A stretch of 64,000 bases of DNA from Callorhinchus milii (lineage: Eukaryota), in contig NW_024704742.1 of the NCBI RefSeq assembly GCF_018977255.1, forward strand, positions 13,022,001 through 13,086,000, in the 5' to 3' direction. Below, piece by piece: positions 14,101-26,100 of this stretch (positions are counted from its first letter, which is position 1; each line of letters opens with the position of its first letter). Position numbers and translations under genes: made by a program. The notes below the pieces were generated by a model. It was not told the origin of the DNA, searched no databases, and worked only from the letters and a program-made list of their open reading frames with translations.

Positions 14101-17100
14101 CTCTGCCTCCCCGACCTATCGGCCGCATTCGATACGGTCGACCACGCTATCCTCCTCCACCGCTTGTCCTCCCACCTCAACCTTCAAAGCCCTGTCTTTG
14201 AATGGTTTAGGTCCTACCTCTCCCACCATCTTCATTTTGTTTCCACAAACGGCTTATCCTCCACCCCCCGCACTGTCTCGTGCGGTGTCCCTCAGGGCTC
14301 TGTCCTCGGTCCCCTCCTCTTCACCCTCTATATGCTCCCCCTTGGTGACATCATCCGCAGACATGGGGTTAACTTCCACATGTATGCGGATGATACCCAA
14401 CTCTACCTTTCCTCCTCTACCCTCAACTCCACGACCACCGATGTCCTGACAGCCTGCCTGTCCGACATCGAGTCCTGGACGAGAGACAACTTTCTTCAGC
14501 TCAACGTGCGCAAAACTAAGGCCCTCCTTATTGGCTCGCGTCAGCGCCTCCGCACCTCAGGCGCTGACACCATCAGCATCCAAGGCTGCACTCTCCACCT
14601 CTCAAAGCCAATCAGGAACCTCGGGGTTCTGTTCGACCCTGAGCTGTCCTTTCTTCCCCATATCTGCGCCACAACTGGCACCGCCTTCCACCAACTCTCG
14701 AATATCGCCAGACTACGGCACTACCTCACCCCTCACTCGGCTGAAACTCTGGTCCACGCCTTTATCACCTCAAGGCTGGACTATGGGAACTCTCTCCTCG
14801 CCGGCCTTCCCGGCACCTCCCTCCACACCGCAGGTCATTCAGAACTCTGCAGCTCGTGTACTGTCCCGCACCAGGCTTCGGGACCACATCACTCCCACCC
14901 TCGCTCGCCTCCACTGGCTCCCCATCCCCCAGAGGATCGAATTCAAGATCCTCATCCTCACCTACAAGGCCATTCACGGCCTTGCTCCCTCCTACTTCTC
15001 CGACCTACTATCCCCCTACTTACCTGCCCATACCCTCCGTTCCTCTGGCTCCGGTCTGCTCCACATCCCCCGCCCCAATCGCCCTACGATCGGTGGCCGG
15101 GCCTTCAGCCTCTCAGCCCTTAGGCTCTGGAACTCCATCCACTTGTGCCTTCACCGCCTCCTCCCTTTCCTCCTTCAAGCCCGGTCTCAAGACCTTTCTC
15201 TTCAACCGTGCCTTCAGCTCCCCTCTCGACTCTCTACCCCCTCCTCGCTCCCTCCCTTCCCTCACCCTGACCATTTCCCCCCTGCTCGGGTCCCGACCCA
15301 ACTGTCCAGCACCTTGGGACGTCCTCCCGACGTGAAAGGCACTCTATAAATGCAATCTTGTTGTTGTATTCTTTTTATCAAAAAATACTGATCACAAAAT
15401 TATCATTTCTTTAAAATAAAGATAACCTCAGTTTTTCTTTCCCTCGTCTTCACATGCAGCAGTTGTCAGATTCACAAGTGCTGCCATGAGGCGACTCTTT
15501 AACCAATTTTCTACCTTTTGTATGAGGAACTCTCTCCTTCTGTTCATTTTACAAATGAGGGTAAAATTGAGATTAGAAGCATTCTGCACCTGGGGTATTG
15601 GGGTATTTTACATTCTATACCAACAACTCTGCCTCAAATCACAATCATTGCATAAATAAAAACCAAATGTAAACCAGACACTAGCATCTATTATTTTTAT
15701 ATCAGTAAACAGACCAGAATGTAACGATTATCTTACTACTGGTCACTAAATTAAAATTCTCATATCTTTCATAGCTTATTGTGAAGGAGAAAAATATTTG
15801 AAATGTTGGGACCAGTGGGTAGAAAAGAAATCCACAAATGTTTCCCTGAAAAAGATGCTAGGAACCAAACACCCAGCAAATGAAATGATATTTACGCAGC
15901 CAGGAAAATTGGTGGGAAAACAGCTCAAAATCTCATGTCCAATATGCTTATCTCAGTTGTATCCTTGTAGAGATGTTCTGAGCAGAGGGCAGGGAGGGGG
16001 TGGAACAATTGGTGCGAGAGTCATCCCATGGCAGTTTTTGTGTAAATCAGAAGAAAAAAAGATGAATTATTGCCTCTTCCCTCCCCGCAAGTCATCCTGT
16101 GAATCATGCTGTACAATAGGAAACTGAAAAATGCCTAAATGGAAGTAACTTTTTTTAAACTTTGCTCTAGGACCTTTTTGTTTATCTTAAACAGACAAAT
16201 TCAGATAGTTGTTCTAAAAAAATACATTGGCAATATTTATACTAATGGAGCACATGGAGAGAAATGTACTGATATCACAGCATTGCAATATATTTCATTG
16301 AGGAAAAATGACAAATGAAAATAACATTCTTGAATATCTGAAACATTTTGTGGCATTCCATACCTCTCCTGAATTTAGATTTTGCTTTTGGGATTTCTTC
16401 CTGTGATTTGCCCGTTTCTTGGAGACATGGCACAACAGTACACATAACATCCAACACTTTATCACACGTCATCTGCAGCAGGAAAATATAGTCAATGGTT
16501 AATTAGAAGTTTATGGATCCTTGTCACTTTGTCATTTCAAAAGAGCAACACCATACTCAGTGATACTCAAGAATATGATCTGGGCTATTTGCAGCTCATT
16601 TTCCATCACACTGTGGCTCTCAGGTTACCACGTGCCCTTCGGGTGCTGTCCCCTCTCTTCTGCCGCACAGTAAGAAAAAACGAATGAATACCATTTGTGG
16701 AGTCCTGTAGCTCAGTGGTTAGAGCACTCGCTTTGCAAGCAAGACACCTGGGTTCAATTCCAGGCAGAGGGCGAAACCTTGAGCAAGTTTCCTTACTCCA
16801 CACACCTAATAATAATCCCTCCAAAAAAAAACAATAATAAATTGGTCATTTTTAATCCACGACTGTTTGTGGGACACTGCTGTGCGCAATTGGCTGCCGT
16901 GTTTCACGTCTAGAAGACACGAAAAGCACTATATCAAATGCAACGATTATTATTATTATCACCACCTAGGTACACTTTTTTCCAGTCACTCAGGTTCAAC
17001 AAGTAAAAGGGCTGCATTCGAATTATAGAGCCCAAAACGGTTTGCAATAATAGAGGTGAAATGCTAAATTATTATGATCCAGCTCCTGACAATAATAGGA

Positions 17101-20100
17101 AATAGATCTTGCACAGTCTCTCATTAATATTGTTTTATGCATTTTGCAAAGTTATAAATGTTGCAAAAAAAACCTTCAAAGGATCTCCATCAATTGATTA
17201 TTTTGGACATTTATGCAGTTTTGGCAAGCCATACTCTCTGACTCAACACATCAAAACTGACTTAGCACAAGCCACAGCCCTTTAATCTATAACTTCACTA
17301 TTTTATGCTAAAGGGCTATGGCTTTAGAGAAAACACTACAGGACTATTCCTAGAGCCCTGTGAAATTATTTTTTAAACAATGTTTTTGTTTTATTTTTCA
17401 GGAATTTCTTGTTATTTCATTTTATCCATTAAAAATGTTGTTTTATTTCTTTTATCACATTTACGATGTTTCATAATAATAGCTGGATTAGGCATTTTAA
17501 ACTCTGGTGGCAACATTATGAATTTCCATACTTTCAAGGAGTCTATTGCCAAGACAACATCGGTTGAAAGTATTCATTTATTTTTAAATATTTTCACGCA
17601 GAATCCATGGATTTTAAACTATCTTCTTGTATTCTTTTTATTAATTTTTTTGTTTTATTTTGTTTTTCATTTTATTTTCTGTAATTTTCGCACCTGCGAA
17701 AAGCCAGGCCTCCAACTATTCCCATAGCTGTACCTTGCAAAGCAAACTGCTTATTTATTTTTAAAATTAAAAATGAAAAGGAAAACCTAACGTAGACACC
17801 AAACAATGGGACAATCTTTACCTAATGCAGATAAGCCTTTTTTACACAAAGAATGATACATAATATTTAACACATGATAAGATAATAATATACATGATCT
17901 AAGGTGCAGTAGTAAAAGCAGAAACATTAAGCCACATTCATTACATGAGTAAGAGGGGAGTAAACTTTCTTATTATTGACTCTTCAATTACTGTGAACTT
18001 ACCCTGTATTCTCCGAGTGCAAAGTGACAGGCAGCCATTTGGATTAGCGCCCTCTGCTGGTCAAGAGTAGCCTGACTCAGGGCATGCTGTTGGGCTCCTT
18101 GAAGCACAGCTAACTGATGAAGACTATTTATTGCTTTTCTGTATTGGCCCTTTAAAAAACACAAGATTTCAATTACATGGTGTGGCAGTGAAGTTCAAGC
18201 AAACTTACATGATCATATTAATAACTCTTGCATTTAATACAGCACCTGAAAAAGTCATGAGGTGAATGATCAATTAATTACTGTTACTTTTTCTGACTGC
18301 ATTTGTAGCAAACAGCAGTCAAATTGTTTAGCAAGTTTCATAAATAGACGGGAGGTCCAACACCCAATAACTGAACCACTGTTAGACAGGGCACTGGGAG
18401 AAACTCCCTTCTCTTGTCAAGATGGGTGTGATGGGTTCTTCCAACATCTATCTTAAGGGTAACATCATCAACAATTTAGCACTTCCCAAACTGCACTGGA
18501 TTGTCAGCCCAGAACTTGTCATTAATTGTTTTCATATTAGTTTTTCTGTTTTCTAATTGTCAAATTAACAAACAACTTGATATGGTGCTATACCAAATGC
18601 AAGGATTATTATTATGAAATGCAAAGTTCATGAATGAAGAGCATTTTGTTTACATCTTAGAGATTGAAAGAATTTAATCTATAGTTCAATTAACTACACA
18701 TAACTGGTTACTCAAAATATTCCTCTAAGCCAAAATACCTTACCTGGTATATAATCATGTCGGTTATGAATATTCTCAGCCATAGCCACATTTCAGTCTT
18801 CCATGACATACAGATTCGAATAAATTCTTAAAGAGAAGAATCAGAAATAAATTCTACAAATACCATAAAACAGGGATTTAATCCTATCTCAGAGCACCTC
18901 ACAAAGCTGACTGAGGAGCATGAGATAGAAGGTAGCTGGGGGGGTTATGATGGCCGAAAGTGTGTTTGAAGAGATAAGTCTCAGTGGATAATCACCTAGA
19001 GAAGTCTGAAGGAATGAGTGCAACAGCACACAGCCCCATAATACAGCTTTCCTCCTTTTATCCAGTATTCACACTCAAGAGACAGTTAGCGAGCAGCCCT
19101 ACCTTTCTCTAAGGCCTCCAGGGAATGAAGCAACTCCCAACTTTCCCTTGCAGTCTTAAAGCTCTCAAGCACATCGATTGAGTTTGGTAAATCACTCTTA
19201 TTCATCACAATGTGACGGTTACGGCCCTTTCCAGAACATTCTTCGTCATCTGAGCTCTGGGGAACAAAAGGGATTAAAATGAGATATTATTCATCAGAAT
19301 TTCACAAGATTAATTCACAAAAATGATCACTTTTTAAAGTAGGATGGAATATTGACATTTTGTTGCATTAATATATATGCATTGAAATTTCTCCTTATTA
19401 TCTGGATCTTACATCGCAACACCAGTCAGTCACCATCCTTAAGTATAAATGTTGTCAAATCTCAGAATGTGACATTTGACAACATACACTTCCCAACACA
19501 GGAGAAACCCCAAGCAGAACAAAATGAACAATTACATTTTCAGGAAAACCAAATGGAAAATAACATTTTGCGCAGACCATTTCTATTGAAAGTAACATCG
19601 GAGTGGAACTTGTTTTGAGGCTTTGATGTATTTCTGTGCTGACAGAAACCCTCGTCACTAAATTGCTTCTGTGATGTCAGAAGGCACACTCCGCCTGTTC
19701 AGCTCCAAGGTGATAAGCAGGGGATGGAACTTCACACCAGCCTGAGTGCTGACATAAAGTTAGAGGAGAAACCATTCTACATCCTGTACTTTCCACAAAT
19801 AAATATCTAAACACATCCTACATTCCTTATGATGAAAATTCACAAGCAATGAGTTGAACCAGACACATTATGCAGGGTATCCTCTGGAAATTGCAGATTC
19901 CAGTAAGTGTTCCTGAGGTCACTAATGGTGAAAAGTAATGAAATAGTGCGTCTTATGTGCAAAATCTAGCCTGCAAGCATTTATGAATGCAATACTAGTC
20001 TGACTGTTATGTCTGTCTGACAGTCCAGAATGATGGTGCACCAGTGATCTGTATATAACAATGCCATTGTCCAACCCTCCCAAATCCCAGACATGATGAG

Positions 20101-23100
20101 CTCTCCTGCCTAGATGAAACAGAACAGAGGCCATATGCTGGACAGGAGGAGAGAAAACGAATGAAGACCTAAGGCGAGCAGCTAAGTCAAGAGCATAAAG
20201 TAAGGCTGGGAAGGAAAGCAAATATCCAAAAATGGACGCAACACATTACGAAAAAAGTCCCAAATGTCTCACCTGTGTTTTTTCCCTTCCGTCTGCAAGC
20301 TTTCGCCGCTTGTGAATGTGTTTGCTCCGATCGATCTCAACATCACCGTAGATATTTGACAAGTCATCCAGTAGAATAAGAGGAGGTTGGTTGTTGGAAG
20401 GGCTGGACGCTATTAAAAAAATAACCGATTGTTTTAACAGCTACAGAAAATATGCATGACCTGCATGCCAAAACAGCATTGACATTGATAAGTACAGCAG
20501 CTATACAACGAGAACGTAGCCAGGATTTACTGTTGCAAATATAGTTACTATATTTTCAACATGAGGAAAATCGCTTTTAGATCTGCCAATATCAAAACAA
20601 CAACAACAAATTACATTTATTTAGTGCCTTTCACGTCGAGAGGATGTCCCAAGGCACTGAAAACCAATAAATCATGAACAGGAGTAATGTGTGGACTGGA
20701 ATCTGTTCCAAGTGTCTTGGTCAGCAATTGCCCAGATGAAAGCAAATCAGTCTTTCACTTCTTGGCTGTTTGAAGGACATTGCTTGCCACAAATTGGCTG
20801 CTGAGTTTGCCTTTAAATGCAGTCCCTACATTTTACAGGAAAACTTTTGTGAAATGCTTTGAGATTATGACACTATATCAAACAAATGAGAGGTAGTTTT
20901 CTTCATCAAAGCTGTTGATGTATCTACATAAATCTTTCATTGTAAGCTGAACTCTTAATGTCAACTTAAAATGCAATGTATTCTTGAAACACATGGCAGG
21001 TTGTTATATTCTTATAACAAATAGAGGAAGAAATTGGATCCAGATTTATCCTGTTTTCTATTGTCCTTTCCATGTTGTATACAGGTGAAATGTTCCTGTA
21101 CAATTTCAGTTTGATAAGGCACTTACTTTAGTGATGTTTTAACATCCTAGCAATAACCCAACTCACCTTGAAATAGAGATGGCTGGATATTGCTGACATA
21201 ATAGAATGCGTTCTTGAAGAAAACCAGCATTGTAGAGTAAACTACTTGATTCTTATACTTCCTGTGGTTTTCTTCATCAAAGCTGTTGATGTATCTACAT
21301 AAATCTTTCATTCGATGTAGAATTTCTGCACAGGTCCTGAAAGATTTTTTAAGAAAACTCAAAAGTCAGTCATAAGTGGAACACTGAAGGGGGGAAAAAA
21401 TGGAAAAGCTTCACCACACAATAGCACGAGAAGCGTGATGACGTGTGTGTATATTGAAGTGAGAGAACACAATTTGAAGTGCAAGGTACCACCGATGGAG
21501 TCAGCTGGCTTTTTACGGATTTTTTTATAGAAAGTACCATAAATATGAGTCTAAGCAAATCTACCCAACAAACTGTTATATTGCGGTTCTACTGTATGAT
21601 ACCAGGACCTCTTTCTATTTTTTGGGGGGGCGCGGGGGGATGAGATGTGTAAAAATTGCTTAAATGTTATATCAAAATGTTATTTATCTCAGCTTTACAA
21701 GCTGCAAGTAATAACGTATATTTATATAATGCATTACACATAGAAAAATATTTCACAGTGAAGGAGTGGGAGCCCCAGTAGTTGGAGAGATGGAAGAGAG
21801 TGGAGTGGAAGAGAGATAACCATTGATGCAGTCAAAATGACAGGTAATTAGAAATGTGTTAAATGCAGAGAGGGACGGATGCAGAGAGATTTAAAGAGAA
21901 TGTTCCAAAAAGCAGGGGCAAGGTTGGTGAAGGCTCACCCACTGATAGTGGGCCGACAAACATAGAGCAGTTGGTAGAGCAACACTGAGTGCAACAGACT
22001 GCAATACTCAAGGAGAACTCCAACCTGTTTCCTTTGTCCATCTGCCACTCACATCGCATTGCTACAATAGAGAGGATTTCAAACAGCCTGTCCCATGGTT
22101 CCACAATCTGTGATGACTTCTCAGTTAGCCCTTCTATGATGTATTTTTGAGAGCTCCGCTTTGTGGGTGACTTGATTTCAGCTGTATCTTGAGAACCTAG
22201 CATTTAATAAGAATGATAACATCACCGTAGATATTTGACAAGATAAGAATTCTCCGATAAACAGCTGCAACTATTGCAAGAAAATAAAAACCTCTCCTTT
22301 AAGCAGGCTTTTCCATAACTTATTGTCCATTCACAATTCAGACAAACATGAAGGTTTCTATGAAATTCTGCTTCAAGAATTTCTTGCATAAAATCTGATA
22401 AGTAGAAGTTGCCAATTTTGAAATTTATGGTAGAATTCCAGATGATCCTCAAGTTAATTTGATAAAACTGGTGGAATATTAATTTTTCAGTATTTATCGA
22501 TTATATTGATTATTTTGAATTCTTGCATATGTACTGATCCTATATCCTCGAATCATGAACCTAAAATATGCAGCATGAAGAGCCATGGTAGCACTCTGAA
22601 AATTACACCACTTTTCCTCCTTCAACACAAACATTAAACACATGATAAGCAGTTTATAATCTCAAATAGTCCAAGTACAATTACTATGACAAATTATTTT
22701 GCTGTATTCGGGTATCATTTAGTTGCCCAAAAAATAAGATAAGAGCCAAGGCACAAACCCAAATGGATTCAAGTACTCAATCATTAGTTTCTTGCACAAT
22801 ATAACACTAGTAATACAAATTCCTGAGTTACAGCAACTGTGGAGCCAATATGGTCTCCAACATGGTGAATTTGGAAAGGACATTACCTTGATGCTGGTTT
22901 TCCAATGAAGGAGACCTGGTAATGTAACTTATATAAAATTCAGCAGCTTTGTGGAGATACTGATACAACAGGTTAGCAGGTAACCTCACATCAAGGTTGT
23001 TGATAATCAAAGGTAGGACATCACACACTGTTTTGATAAAGGTGCATTGTGTTACAGAAATAGTACCTACACATTTACTACAAGAAAAANTACCCACAAC

Positions 23101-26100
23101 AATTAAATATTGACATGTGCTTCCCCTATAAACGTCCAGTTCATAAAGTTCATAAAGCTAGAAATCAGTTACAGATCAATATTTTGAAGGTCACTATGAT
23201 TCAACAAACAATATTTTTTTAAGGCATAGCAAGACAGTATTCCAATTCCCTTCCACGTCACAGAGCATTATAATTGTTCAATCTGACTTTATGAAGTTCT
23301 GTTGTCGATCTTTCTTTGTATCGTTTTATGCTGAAATGCAGCTTTGAGGTATCGGAGTCCTGTAGCTCAATGGTTGCAAGCGAGAGACCTGAGTTCAATT
23401 CCAGGCAGAGGGCGAAACCTTGGGCAAGTTTCCTTACTCCACACACCTAATAATAATCCCTCCAAAACCAAAAACAATAATAAAAATTGGTCATTTTCAA
23501 TCTACGACTGTTTGTGGGACATTGCTGTGCACAATTGGCTGCCGCGTTCGCCCACAAATATACAGTCAATTCACTTTACAGTGTGTTCTGTGAAGCGCTT
23601 TAGGATGTCCTCCTGACGTGAAAAGCGCTATATCAAATGCAAGGATTATTATTATTATTATCCAGAGGTACTTTAGTGTCTCCACAATCAACTGCAAGAC
23701 AGCAGTTGTGAATGGAATCAAGTGAAAAGTATTCCAATCTTCAACGAAAGTGCATATAAATGCATACCTTGCAGTGGAAGCCACTAATATGTGAACCAAG
23801 ACAGAGAAACCCTAAGGCCAACTGTAGGTCTCCAAGTAGCACTCCCTTGGCTGAACCAACTAAACCTACAGACAAGGGAATGAATCTGGAAAATTCCTGA
23901 TATTGAAGTACACATTTGTCTTCACATTTTCAGGTCAATGATACGTTTTCATATCTTACCAAATAACTTCCTAAAACAATTGACAGGTGATTCTTGATCT
24001 TCGATGTTTTCAGCTTCCAATAAAGTCTCACCAAGACTGACCTAATTTAAGAGGAAAAAAATACATATTCAAAATCTTTGTTATGTACTAAAAGAACTTT
24101 ACAATTTTCAAAATTAATAAATTCTATCCCCTAAACTGACTACAAATCTTCAAAGTAAGAAACATGGGATTAAAACTGTGGTATTCCTAAACATATTCCA
24201 TTCTGTTTTAAGGAACAAAGATAAAATGTGGTTTCTGAATAATAATTCCCAAACTTGGGAACCCCATCTTGGATCACTGATGGTGGAAATAATTTCCAAA
24301 GGCAGAAAATAGCCTTTCTGCGCTTATTCGGAGGGAGACTTTCCTAAATCAGCCCGAGTTAGAGCATCACTCCGTAAATAATCTAGAGGCAGTTTTCTGT
24401 GCTCAAAAATGGCAAGAGAAGCTTCGCTGGATTTAAATCTTAAATATTAAATGAGATTAAATTTATAATTTTTTTCAAAACAGGCCAACAGTTCAAAAGG
24501 ATAAATAGTTGACTCCTGGGCCAGAGATATCAGTTCTTGTCCAGGACATTGGTCAGAGCACAGAGAAACAATGCATCTCATCTCAGAAATTGATAGCCAA
24601 TTCTTATTGACTAATATTTGGAGCAACTGTTCAAAGTGGAATTGTTGACTGTCGGAAGATGGAATCTGAAGTAAGAAGAAGTGGATTTGCACTTCGAGAT
24701 GTCTTTTTTACATGAACGTTGTAAATAGTTATAGTTGAGATTATAGTATAAGAATCATTAGTATTGATCATGTAGTGAAGAGATGAATTAAGTAGAATGA
24801 ATTATAAAAAATAAAAACTGCCATCTGACACACACACACACACACACAGTCCTAGTAAAGAGGCACCGAGCTAGGAGGAGTACACTGGAATGTGACCCAT
24901 GGTCAGGGAACATAAGGATAGCTGGATCTAAAGGATGGATGGTAGGCAGTCTACCCTTACAAGGGCATGTGACCTATGGGCAGGAGAGATAGGAACCTGG
25001 AATAATTGGACCAGGAGAATGGATGGGATACAAACTAGTAATTAAAACTGAGAGAATAATAATAATAATAATAATCCTTGCATTTGATATAGCGCTTTTC
25101 ACGTCAGGAGGACGTCCCAAAGCGCTTCACAGAACACACTGTAAAGTGAATTGACTGTATATTTGTGGGCGAACGCGGCAGCCAATTGCGCACAGCAATG
25201 TCCCACAAACAGTCGCAGGTTGAAAATGACCAATTTATTATTGTTTTTGGATTTTGGAGGGATTATTATTAGGTGTGTGGAGTAAGGAAACTTGCCCAAG
25301 GTTTCGCCCTCTGCCTGGAATTGAACTCAGGTCTCTCGCTTGCAAAGCGAGTGCTCTAACCACTGAGCTACAGGACTCCACAGAGAGAAAGCTTAAAGTG
25401 AGCAGGTCACATGAACAGAGTTAGAAAGAAGGACTGAAACTTCAGGGACATGGAGTCAGGTGGTTTGGTCAGATTCTTTTGTAAAAGCTACCCTAGCTGG
25501 TACAAGGAGAAACAACTTGAAGGTAGGGAAAGAATGCCTGGGAAAAGTGCAGAGTGTGAGAAAGAAGTCATGAAAAAAAGAGTTAGAACACAGATGGCTG
25601 GCGAAAAAGGGTATAAAAATAGATAGCCGAAACTAGTTTTTTTGGAGCCTCTGCGGAGAGAAAGGGGACAGACCTCTACGGAGAGGAAGAGGAATGCCTT
25701 TGAGGGAAAGAGGACAAGTCCAGCTCTCGCTGGAGTGGACTGCAAAGAGGACAAGTTCAGCCCTTGCCATAGTGGACCACCAAGAGACGTTTGCAGCCAG
25801 CAGCAACCCAGAGATAGTGTTTAACTTTTGTGCCAGCCTTAAAACTTTATCACGATTTCCTGCCTGCTTGGTAGTATCTCTCCTAGTTACTAAAACACGC
25901 ACTCAACATACATACAAAACAGTAAGAGATTATTTAGGTACATTTCATATAGCACATAATTTTTTTTATATATGTTTAGAATTTTAGTATTGAGTATATC
26001 TTGTGTTTTAGTAGTCATTTAAGCGTGACGAGTAATGATAATATGTCAGGTGTAATGTGATGCTTATGCGGTTTTATAATTGCTAATAAAACGTTTTAAT

